This document shows positions 23,672 through 34,813 of a stretch of 38,537 bases of DNA, in pieces. The stretch covers positions 1 to 38,537 of the forward strand of contig MCFE01000762.1 of the NCBI GenBank assembly GCA_002104905.1. Direction: 5' to 3'. The position numbers and the translations under genes are program-made. A model generated the notes under the pieces. It was given only the letters and a program-made list of their open reading frames with translations. It ran no database searches and was not told the origin of the DNA. Source of the stretch: Basidiobolus meristosporus CBS 931.73. Its lineage: Eukaryota; Fungi; Basidiobolomycota. Position 1 is the stretch's first letter; each line of letters starts with the position of its first letter.

Positions 23672-25879
23672 TGTAGCCGATCATCCCAGTCCAAGAGATG
23701 GATTGATCAAATGACATGTAATATCTCGGGTGGTTTAAGATTCCTAATCATAAAGCTATTGTAGTATTATTGTAAATACTGATGAGCCACTAATAGTCGA
23801 ATCCGCCCTCTTATGCATGATCGGTGATACATGTTACTGGTAATTTTCCCTGTCTCACCACCATCAGGTTCAACACCTGAATGATTCCATCCCACTTTCG
23901 AAGTGAATTGCCATATCCGGATAGATCAGTTAGTAAATGCACGATCACCCATAGTGCAGTTTCGATTGCGGCACGAGAGTGGAATGATGTGTGAGAACGC
24001 ATCCCACAGGAGGTATATTCTGGACAGGACACCTTGAGCTCCTGAAGAAATACTCTTCATTTCAATGACAAGCTAAAGAACCGAGGTAATAATGAGAGCA
24101 ACGACTGGTATCCTTCCGGAAGATGAAATGCCATAGTTAAGGGCTAATTCCAAGATCTAGATAGGATACCGGAATAGCAGTGAAACAGAGGCCAAGCCAT
24201 GCATGGCTTCTGGTCCAATTAGGCTAAGGAAGGTGAGGATGACCACTCAATCTATAAAACGGAGAAATCTCTGAAATGGAACTTTCAGCAGTGGAATAGA
24301 GCAGCAGCCCACCAAACAGGTGCTCCTTCCCATATGTGGAGCAGTATGGTATACACGGGTGCAGGCTCGTCACGGTTTGTAGCCCACCCAGATCGATCCA
24401 GCAAATTTCCCTGGATCGGCATTCCATCTAGGCCCATTCGTTCACCAGACAAGTAGTCGTATTCTATACATTACAGATAGGACACGCACCTTATGTAAAT
24501 CCTCCCTGGGTGTGGACGCCCCCTTTGGTTTCATCCGAAAAGAAGATCCTCTGAGGAAAAGGGCCCTCTTTGCTGCATCACCAGCTGATGATGATCCAAG
24601 AAATCGATACCCAAGACAGCACTGGCGTGGTTTAGAAAGGTTGGTCCTGAGAAACACATCACTCGGGTTGAATTTCCATGGCATTATGCGGGTATCCACG
24701 ATTGTTGACATGTGTGTGAGCTACTCAGCCTTTAATTTAATTGGACATTATGTCATTTTGCATATGCTGTGAATCCCATTTCTCTATTGGAAAACAATGG
24801 GATAAATCTACTCCAAGTGCTCTTGCTTTCGTAGCCTATTTGCTAAGCATGAACGAAGAATAGGTGGGATACAGATAGCGGCAGTATGTCTTAAAATGAT
24901 ATTCCAGCTCATTCATGAAGTTTTCAGAGGACAGATCATTGCAGAAGATTGAGGTAATCAACCCAAGTGAAATCATACAGGGGGGGGGGTTGAAGCAGAA
25001 CAAAGTGATATTTGTAATCAATATCCAGGGTGTTGCTGAGATGCAAGCTGTTGGTAATGGTTGTTCCAAGGTGAAAGTTCAAATCCAAGGCAACGTTGGG
25101 ATTGCCGATTGAAATGATGGTTGCAGGTATTTCTCAGATGTTTGGGGTGGGCTTGGGTGGCTTCTGGATATCTTTAGTCATTCCCATCTGTATGTGGAAT
25201 CTACCTGAACAATATGGCAACCTTCATCCATGGCTAGCAATCTCTGCCTTCCTGTAACACCCAACAGGTCACATTTCAATTGAATCTTGAGCCGTAATTC
25301 AAGGTAGCGATAACAACATCTGGCGATTCACCACGGATAATTTTACAGAATGAGGCATCGTTCTTGGGATACCGTGCATAACCCCCAAACTACTCCTACC
25401 ATATCCTCGACAACCAAAGCAACACTAGAGGTAGGTGAACGCTATCCAAAATGATTATTTCTCACATTATTTGTATACTAAATGACATTATCAGCCATGC
25501 CAAGTATCACAACCCAGCATACTGAATAGCCAATCACTGCGGCAGCCTTGCATACCTCAATATAATTTATTGAGTTGCTAGTGAAGTGTGCTTACCGAAC
25601 CAAAGCGACAGTGGTACTTGTTTGGAAAAGAGGCTCGGTTACTATTACGTGAGCACCGAAAATACTGGGACCAATGCCCAAATCCCTGAATATTGGTGAA
25701 ACAAGAGGATTTTCGAAGATCTGGAGCAAAAAAATAGCCACTGGTGGGCTTGTTCTGAATCTGTATTCCCTCAGTACCAATCCAATTACAGCAGTGGTGC
25801 CAAGAATAGGATCCCCATTTGAGAACATCCACCCACTCAGCGCTCGTAATCGGTTCCATCCGCAACAATCAACCAATGG

Positions 25880-25911
25880 CTCAAGACGTTCTCTGAGTGG
25901 AACGTCTTGAG
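25880..25911. repeat. Perfect 12-bp inverted repeat with 8-nt spacer
   Basis: CTCAAGACGTTC-tctgagtg-GAACGTCTTGAG. Confidence 0.85.
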
Positions 25912-27164
25912 GTATGGAAAATCAAGGTTTTTACTTGATCAAGTGTGAAGCCCATTTCTAGAAATCACGTAACTGAAGGGTTGGTACTGGTCAAGCTTTG
26001 ACCAATTTATAATTTAGACGGGTCAATGCAAATATACCCTACCTGAAGTACGATCCTAACACTACCGTTGAGCCGATTTCGAGATATCGTTAATGGCTGT
26101 ATTGCCAAGCAGACACCGCCTACGCGATCCAGAAAACTGGCCTTTTGTGAGAGGTAAGTAATACAATCCAAGTCGATACACATACAGCGGTTGCCGTTGC
26201 AGAGTAATACGAGCGGTGGTGATGATTTGCTAAAACCGTTTTATCCGTTTTAATTTCATATACCGTCCAATCTCAAATTAGTCAGATATTCCCTGTAACG
26301 GGAGATGACGTTCCTACTCTGAATACACTGTGACTTGCGACCTCCAAAATTCCCACGGGTTTTCCAAACATTGGTGCTGCTGTTGGTGTGGAAAGTAGAC
26401 TTTGTTACTACCGCGCGTTGATCGCTCCAAACCCAACTAGACTGCATTCCCAAGATCCTCGTACACACCACCATCCCATGATTCCCACGATAATTAAACT
26501 TTAGTGGGTGCTCAAACATGAATGTTACTATATTCAAGGGCCACCAGCCAGCATCATCCCAGCATATCTCACCCAACATTGTGCAGGTATTGTCGATACC
26601 AGTTCGCCAGATGGTATCTTGTTCCGGAAAAGCCTAGAGTATAGTCACCCTGTCCAGAGGTTTTTAGCGAGAATTGAAATCTCTGGAGTTCAATTGAACA
26701 GTTGGATGATGATTCAAGCTAGCGTAAGTTGATGGGGTGGTGAGTTTCTGACATGTGGGTGTTTGGAAAGGACGCTGATTGGCTCCTGAAACAGAAATCA
26801 TTATTTGTCAGATATGCTATAAATATCGGAAAAGGGAAGAGCCTGATTGATTTACTTCAAGTGTCATCAGTTTGCCTGGTGTAACAACAGTAATTCATTT
26901 TCTAAATTAAGCAAACCGCTTTCATTATAAATCGGAGTGCCCTGGGTGTGAACCAAAGTTGTTCCATAGTTCGAAGCTCCAACATATATTCCTCTGTGTT
27001 TACGTCTACAAAACGAATTACTTGATCCCTGCGCAAACATCGCTACGTATCTCGAGGCTAGCATCTCTGGCGAATCCCTTCTAAGCAAACCCTCTTGACA
27101 TCTTTGCCACAAGCCAGCTCAATTTTCGCAGTAGAGTTTTGAAACCATCACCATCAAGGCTAGT

Positions 27165-28454
27165 ATGACAAACGACACAAGTATGCAGCAATTCCATACC
27201 TCCACACAGCCTCCACGAAAACCCAGCGGCCAGCCTAGTGGCGCCAACTTTACCTTCCATATCTCGCCAAGTGAGTAGTTCAAGGCATCGTTCTAATAGG
27301 TCAATCCGATTAATCCATCCAATCCACCTTGATCTTCCGTACTTCTTATGCATCTTCATCTTCATCTTCACAAGATGGTGCAGTTGGAAAAAAGTAAATC
27401 CACTTTCAGTAAATATGACTTTTCCCCCACCCAGTTCGCAAACCAGCCTCTTTCCCAATTCACCTACTGACTCGGCTTGCATAGGTCCGTGGACTCGGCG
27501 CAAAAGCGTGCCAACCATAACGCATTGGAGAGAGCGCGACGTGAGTCGTTGAACAACAAATTCCAGGAGTTAGCCAACGCCATTCCTTCCCTGGCTTTGG
27601 TACGAAGGCCTTCAAAATCCGTGATCGTCCAAAAATCATTAGACTTCGTAGAGCGGACCAAAACAAATGCTGACATATATATGGCTGAAGTTGAGAAGCT
27701 TCGATCGGAGAACCAAGAGCTACGCCAGGAGGTCAACATGCTAAGAGAAAGACTCTGCCTGCCGTTGCTTCCACCCCTGCCCCAACCTGCTCCTTTACCT
27801 CCTATCATCGACGCCAGCCAAGATGTCGACCCGCACAACGAGTCCACATCGAGGAAAAGCTCCATGTCTAGTCCCCCGTCCAGAGAGGCCGGCGCCTGCT
27901 ATGACTCATTCAAATCCGACCTTGACGAGACGATAAGCACTGACGAAGAAAACGAGTCCGAGGGCGCAGGCGGCTCGCTAAAAGGTAGACAGGTAATGTG
28001 CCTATGAAACAAGGAAGTGGCTAATGCTTCAACCTCATAGACCAAGTGAACCGGAACATCGGTTTTCCCATAGAGCTGCCGCAAAGTACAAATCACGACC
28101 AATGCTCCATTGATGCCTACGACAACTTTAATTTTAGAGGTAAGGCCATGCAGAGTTAGCCCCGATAGACCGACCCTAACCAGAAAATTGCTGCTCGCCA
28201 CAGATCCATCATTTGTGCCTTCGACCGAATTCGCACAGACCCTCTTCCTTCAGGATCAAAGTGGCGCCCCGTCCTACGCGAACACCAACCTAACCATGAA
28301 TCTCTCGTCGGGCACGCTCTCCACCATCGGAGAAATGCACAATCTCAGCCAATTCAAGGAGCTCGCTATACCGACTGAAGTGGACTTCCCCGGATTAGAG
28401 GCTGACATCGCACTCATGCCATCCATGCCACACTACGGCGATGATCAGAATTAA
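27165..28454 (+). CDS. bHLH(-ZIP) transcription factor, Max-like (about 324 aa)
   Basis: Exons 27165-27270, 27375-27393, 27485-27984, 28041-28139 and 28204-28454 total 975 nt and splice in frame. bHLH core KRANHNALERARRESLNNKFQELANAIPSL...SKSVIVQKSLDFV, followed by the zipper-like LRSENQELRQEVNMLRERL. Confidence 0.85.
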
Positions 28455-31400
28455 GAGCAGATGCATTCATGTAATTTCAGTGGCCCATCGTCCCCTCCAA
28501 GCAGATGGTAGCCATGCGTTTTTGATAGCCTAATCAGAATACTTGTAATATATAAAGAGTCGTTTGAATGCACACCAATCCTCGACGTCCAACACTCATC
28601 GATCCGCTCACTTGTGGTGGGTGGCGAATCAAGCGATGCGCCACGTTTGTTTATTTGCTCGTTTTAGAAGGGACGCATTGCCAAGAATCAGCATCGCCAA
28701 TCTCATTTCCAGTCCCACGCGAATGAGTAAGAGCGCCTGCTGGATATTGGTGGAGATCACGGCAGTTCGGATGCTCCACCACAACCAGGTGAAGGCAGAT
28801 GGCGAAAGCAGGTGGCAGACAGATGCTGAAATCCAACAACTTTCCGAGCCCAGTATCCAATGATCGCGGCATCAACGGACCCAAGTGAGTCTTGATTATT
28901 CACCACCACCAACTATGCGATCAGCTCACAGGCCAATACCAGCCGCCCAAGAAAACCCAACAATCAGGATGGGCCGAAAGCGGAAAGATGGAGGGTTCAG
29001 TGGCAGATATTCAGCTGAAAGCCGACCAATTGTGCCACCACCTGGTCTGTCCTACCCAGCGCGAGCATCTTATTTGTGTGAACTTACCGAAGCGTACCAA
29101 TGTGCAGCTTGTGCTATTGGCCGGATGACCACCAGTAGATGGCTGAGGTGTAAGTGGGCGAGATACCTCCATTTGGCGGTTGGGGATATGTAAGCTCCGT
29201 AATAGTTGGGTAGAATGACAAGGATTCCACCGAAGCCTCCCTGGGGTGGGCATCATCTTACAGTCACCACAACATCCTTTGGCTAAACACTGGTCAAACG
29301 GGATTAAACTGGCTTTTCATTCAATCTACTACACTAGATCCTATCTGGTAGCGGAAGCGGCAATTGTGGACCGACGTCTTCCCCTTACTAGCGGAAGGTC
29401 TCAACAGTGGTGTTGGTATTGGTGTTGGTGGCGGTAGATGGTGAGTTGGAGCGCATTTGCTGGCACAGGCCTTTACTCGACTGTTTGGTCATGGACAACA
29501 ACGTATCGATGGTTTTGGATCGTCGTCTGATTAGTAGAGAGGATGTGATCGTAACGTCCTTTGTGAAACCTAGTTTGGGATTGTTGTTAGCTGAGCCTGT
29601 TTACCTCAGGACCCTGCAAAGGGAGGACTCCCAATGAATGCTAGCTAAGCAATGTTGACTAATGGAAGTAGCTCAGCACCCTGGTGGGCTTGCGCTGAAG
29701 TCCACCACAGCCGGCCTCGTCACAGGTTTTGCAATTTGGATCATCCAGCTGTACTGTCAGCCATTGGTTGGTCCTCGGTTTGGTATCCAACCAACCTTAT
29801 CTAAATCTTATACGCCATCTATTGGCCAATTCCTCACGCGATGGGGGATTCCTCTAGCGTAAGTAGCAACCATTCTTCATCACAGATAATGAAGCTTGGG
29901 TATGACCAGCCATTCCATGAAATCGATCCCGAGTCCATACACAACCCAACCTAGCTTGGATCTGGTCGCCAAAGCGCACCTCCAGTCGATTGTGCGCCAA
30001 GTAAACCCGGATACTTCAGCGGTCTAGCTCTTCAGCCTTCTTCATCAACTCCAATCCCTCACTGCTTCAACGCCACCAGAGTGTTCGTATTTAGGTTTGG
30101 GTTGAGATAGACCAGGCCAATCCAGAGTAGACCTTGGTGTCGGTAGCACCGAATCGACCTGCTCTCAACCAGTAGGGGCTTGTTCAAGTGAGACTCGGAA
30201 CCAGTGAACCAGGAAATTTTGGCCAACATGATGCCAACATGGAATTCCAGCGACCGTAATGTTGACTTCACGGTTCTTTTGTAGGTACCGCGTATGCAGG
30301 ATTGGAAGCTGCGGTTGCGATGTCGGTATGATTGCTTGCTATTTAGGTCGATTGGGGGAGTTAGGGAGGTAGCATGGGTGATTCGGGTTACACCAAGGAA
30401 TCATGGCTTGGGGAATTGTAGAAAGGCCTGCCGATTTATTTCGGTTCAGTCTATCAATCTCTACATTCCAGTTCCTACCAGCCGACTTGTCAACTTGGGA
30501 TGGCGGGTATCTGAGCAATCTCTGTAGAGCCATTATTGGGGTTGTAATACAGAAAGTCTTGATGGCTGGCACAAGAGGCTTGGCGACCTATTAGACTGCT
30601 GGGAGAGGCATCCCCGTGACGCGGAAGAAACATCTCGTGAGCATTTACGAAACATGTATCAACCCATTGATGACCAATTGAAACATAGACCCTTCTGACA
30701 TTTCATTACGAATCGCACTGTACTAGGTTTAAATCCGAGGCACCAATGGTTCACCTTCTGGATGGGATGTCTTTTCACTGCAGGTTTGTGCTGGTGCTCC
30801 ACCTCACATTCTACCAAAATGATTGTGTTGCTCACAATTAGGCCTGCGTGTTGCATACCCCTAAGTAATATGCCGAAGTATAGTCCCTTACCCTTGTTTA
30901 CTAAACCTATGTGTATCACGCGTACGATTGAAAAGAAAGGTCTATCATAATTATGGTACGCGATTACATCATAGATTTGCTTGCACAACACCTGGCATAT
31001 TTGCTATAGCTGGCCAATAACCTATACGATGGCTATTGCCTGCCATTCTATGATACTGTAAAATGGATACAGTGAGCCGCAACAAAACTTATTCACTCCA
31101 AATCATCCTCAGTATTTCATTGTCACCGGAGACAAGCTTGTACATATAATCTCAGTATGGCATTAGGCTTTCTCTTTTGTCTGCTAAACTCTGACTGAAG
31201 CTTCTTGAATCTTGCACATAAGTACATGAATTGCCATGGTGCAAAAAAATTCTACAGAATGAAATCAGGTTTCTCCTGGACACTAGATAGTATTGAGACC
31301 TCACACAGAGTTGTTAATTGAGCTACACACCCTCCATTGGCACAGTGAAATATCATGACTGGTGTACTAGATGTAGTATTTGCTGTAAACCTTGTAACAT

Positions 31401-31527
31401 GAGTACCTTGTTAAGACCATCACTAAGAAAAAAATTAAGAAAAAGGCCAGCAGAATGCTGTTGTAACATCAGCTGAAATCCAAGTTTCTCAAAACTGACA
31501 ACTCTCAATATCTCAGGTACTAACTAT

Positions 31528-31897
31528 TATTGTAAAAATTTGAATTCCACCAAAATATTCACCTAACTTAGTCACTTAGATCATTACCTTCAAATCCTAG
31601 AGAATACTGACCAAATTCCTTGTTGGGATTTACTTTGAATATTTACCCATAACATGAAAATTAGATAAGTTGTACAAATAGCACCAAGCTCTACACACAT
31701 GTTCTTGGGACCTTTCTATACCTATTCTACATGCTTGTTATGCCAAGACCTTCCTTAGCCTGTTTTATGGGTTTGTAATGCCAAGACCATGTGAAAGTAT
31801 TAATACAACTTCTACATTCAATAAATCATTAAGTGAAAACCACATAATCTACTTGTCTTCCCAAATCACTTCCAGTATCTCCAAGACTCTTACAACA
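31528..31897 (+). mobile_element. Solo LTR of a Ty1/copia family
   Basis: Termini T(A)TTGTAA...TTACAACA form a degenerate TGTTGTAA/TTACAACA inverted repeat. Flanked by a near-identical 5-bp target duplication, ACTAT (31523-31527) and GCTAT (31898-31902). Roughly 80% similar by eye to the LTR at 33692-34041. Confidence 0.82.
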
Positions 31898-31902
31898 GCT
31901 AT

Positions 31903-32469
31903 TAGGTAGACAAGCAGATGTATTCTCCAAGAGGAGACTAGGTCAACTTGCATTTGAGCCAAAGTTGGTAACTAGCTGCTCACTACTTGCAACAAAAATT
32001 GCAACTGAAAATCTGAACCAAAAACACCAGCTGAATACCAGCAAAATACCATTAGAATACCAGTAGAACACCAGCTGAAAATCAGATGAAACCCAAGTCT
32101 GAGATTTCTCATAGTGCATGTAAACATGAAAGTACCACTTTTACATTCTATAAATGATAAAAGAATTTAGGATACTGCCATGGGAGGAGAATGCACTCCT
32201 AAAGCTGTAGCAGCAGAAGCCTTAAAATACTAGAAGCAAGAACAAAGTGCCTTCAATTATGTTTGCCTCTATACCAACAACAGTTTCCTAACTCAATGTT
32301 CCAGAGCCAAAACAGCAAAAAATTCCTGTAAGTCATTAGAAGACACCCATCAGTAATCCTGAGCAACTAAGAAACTGTATCTTAGAAAAGTAATCCTTGC
32401 CCCATAGATGCTTCCAGGAGCCAAAATGAAAGCCTAATTAACAGAATTACCATTTGCAAGCTACATTGA
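31903..32469 (+). pseudogene. Copia-type leader and degenerate gag fragment
   Basis: Tandem ATACCAGCTGA-like units at 32027-32087, then stop-ridden frames reading DKRI*DTAMGGE and RAKTAKNSCKSLEDTHQ*S*ATKKLYLRKVIL...MLPG, resembling copia gag (AKxxWxxLExxY, KLYL). Confidence 0.55.
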
Positions 32470-32774
32470 GAACAAGCAGATTATGTGGATTTTACTTTAT
32501 AACTTGTTGATGATAAAGGTAGGACCTGTACTCTGACATTGACTTAGCAAATAAAACATATCAAGTAGGCTTAGAAAGATCCTAGGATCATGCATGCAAA
32601 GCCTGGGGCTGTTTGGACACCTTTGGAACTCACATCCTTTGGTTACCTGATATTTTGGACATATTTTTCCAAATGAAGTGCAAGGAACTTAGCCAGAATT
32701 CTCAAAGATTTATTTACTATGATCTAGGTAACTAAGATAGTGCAATGTTTGGTGCAATTACAAAATTTGCAACA
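32470..32774 (-). mobile_element. Diverged, 3'-truncated copy of the copia LTR preceded by a polypurine tract
   Basis: Minus strand reads TTAAGCAGGAG-TGTTGCAAATTTTGTAATTGCACC. It shares blocks with 33692-34041 (plus-strand CTGGGGCTGTTTGGACA, AGATTATGTGG, TGATCTAGGT). The last ~45 nt of the LTR are missing. Confidence 0.7.
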
Positions 32775-32820
32775 CTCCTGCTTAACTAAATTGGATTACT
32801 CCTTTCTAGAAAAGAAAAAC

Positions 32821-33090
32821 CTATGAAAAATCTTAAACAGAAGCTCATTTGATATTCTGCAGATACTTGGCTAGTATTCTATCAGTATTTTGCAGGCATT
32901 CAGCTAGTGCTGTTCATTCAGATTTTCAGTTGCAGACTTGGTATGAGTGCCAGTAGGCCCAGTCTTCTTGTGGAAAGCATATCTACTTGACTATCATGTA
33001 GCCATTGCCTGATAAATTGGGGGCTCCAAGCTTAAGGGATACTTGAAATTCTGCTAATCTTTTGATGCAATTCTGCAGGCCTTTCTTAAT
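32821..33090 (-). repeat. Inverted paralog of 31434-31527 plus 31903-32114, lacking the solo-LTR insertion
   Basis: Shared blocks ATTAAGAAAGGCC, TGCAACTGAAAATCTGAA, CAGCTGAAT..CAGCAAAATAC and AGATTT.TCATAG. Confidence 0.7.
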
Positions 33091-33691
33091 TTCTTTTTTG
33101 GGACAGATGTATTGTGATTTAATTCTTGTGTTTTCTGTTGTAACATGAACAGTCTCTGGGTCATATTTTGCCAGCTGCATGACAGTTTTCCATTTGTATT
33201 AAGAACATGATAAGATACATCCCAGAAGAATTATGGCAAGAAGTAGCAGTAAATTCTCAAAGTGCACATTACTGACATTGGTGGAGGTATGCCTCTTCTC
33301 TAGCCACAATATTGCATCATTCACTAGTAACTTGATTACTGGGCTCACTTGGCACCATAAAGTATTCTTGGCTTTTTTCTGTAGGTGTTGTCTCATTGCA
33401 CATTGAGATTTTGCCCAGCTCATGCAGGGTACTCTTGTGAGAGGAGATAGGCTTGGAATCCATCAGTGAGCCTTCTTTAGAGCCATCACTCTGTGGGTAA
33501 TATTCAGAAGGCTGGCAGGAGCCCAAAGGTATCACAAGCTCACCTGAATTAGTTTGTGCAAGGTGAGAGTACAGCTAGGTGCTTTTATGAAATTATCAAG
33601 TGGCCAATGGGATATTGTTAGTACAGTAGTGGCTGATGAATACTCAAGTATGACTTGTGTGGCAAAACACTGGCCATGGTCCTGGCAATAC

Positions 33692-34041
33692 TGTTGTAAG
33701 AGTCTTGGAGATATTGGAAGTGATTTGGGAGGACAGATAGATTATGTGGTTTTCACTTAATGATATATTGAATGTAAAAGTAGTATTTATATATTTACAT
33801 GATCTTGGCATAGCAAGCACGTAAAATAAGTTTAGAAAGGTTCAAAGAGCATGTGTGCAGAGTCTGGGGCTGTTTGGACAACTTTGATAATTTTCATGTT
33901 TTGGGTACTTGGTATTTTGGTGAAAATATCATAGGTAAATCCCTACAAGAAATTTGGCTAGCATTCTCTAGGGTTCGCAGGTGATGATCTAAGTGCATAA
34001 GTTAGGTGAATATTTAGGTAGAATTACAAGCTTTTACAGCA
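33692..34041 (-). mobile_element. 3' LTR of a Ty1/copia element
   Basis: Follows the RNase H stop and the purine tract GAGTGAGAG; termini TGCTGTAAAAG...CTCTTACAACA. Confidence 0.85.
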
Positions 34042-34052
34042 CTCTCACTCAG

Positions 34053-34813
34053 CTAAATGTTCATATTGACTAGTCCTAATTTTGACCTAAGATATTCAAA
34101 CTTGTCTCTGGCTAATGGTTTGGTAAATATGTCTGCAATCATTTCATCTGGAGGACAGTAAGCTAAGCTAACTAATTTACTCTTTATAGCTTCACGTATG
34201 AAATGATTTCTAATATCTGCGTGCTTAGTTCTAGCATGAAAAGTTGGATTTCTACCTAATTGTATACATCCTTGATTATCTTGAAATAAAGTAATAGGCA
34301 TTTTTAGACAAAGGCCTAAATCTGCAAAGAGCTTTCTTAACCACATTGCTTCTTTTGTAGCTTCATAGGCTGCCATGTACTCTGCCTCTTTGGTAGAAAG
34401 TGCTATGGTTGGTTGCTTTCTTGAATTCCATGAAGTTGCTCCTTAACAGTAGAGAAAGGTGCATCTTGTGGTGGATATTCTGTCTTCTAAATTTAGCCCC
34501 AATCAGCATCAGAGTATCCAACAAGATACTGTTCTGCACTCTTATAAGTGTATCTTAAGCAGATATCAGCAGTTCCTTTTAGGTGTATAAAAATCCACTT
34601 AACTGCTGCAATATGATCAGATTCATAGTTCTGATAATGCTGGCTGACAACTCCCACTGAATATGAGATATCTGAACATGTCCCAAGCATGATATACATC
34701 AGACTGCCAACCATAGATTGATAAGGAAAGTCAGGGCATTCACATTGCACCCAGCTCTCTTGATTTGGCTGAGTTTTCACCAAGTTAAGGTTTGTCTCCA
34801 TTGGGGTAGCTGC
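34053..34813 (-). pseudogene. Ty1/copia pol remnant (RT C-terminus and RNase H), frameshifted, cut at 34813 by the gypsy insertion
   Basis: AATPMET...FPYQSMVGSLMY...DISYSVGVVSQ...LVGYSDADWG, then SWNSRKQPTIALSTKEAEYMAA...FQDNQGCI...FHARTKHADIRNHFIRE...MIADIFTKPL. Frameshift and stop near 34450-34495. Confidence 0.92.

Noticed and set aside
25327-25350. FCKIIRGE peptide resembling the N-terminus of HIT proteins
   Set aside because: Flanked by stops, with no upstream Cys or downstream HxHxH motif; likely chance.
27464-27865. 133-aa minus-strand ORF
   Set aside because: Antisense shadow of the bHLH exon.
29570-29604. Intron-like GTAAAC...GCTAAC...TAG on the minus strand
   Set aside because: Only 35 nt, shorter than every supported intron here, and the flanking frames do not make a gene.
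33199-33535. Fragments such as VQ*DNT and WLEKRHT suggestive of a DDE transposase, and YYPQSDG suggestive of an integrase
   Set aside because: In different broken frames, mutually inconsistent and too short to support a call without a search.
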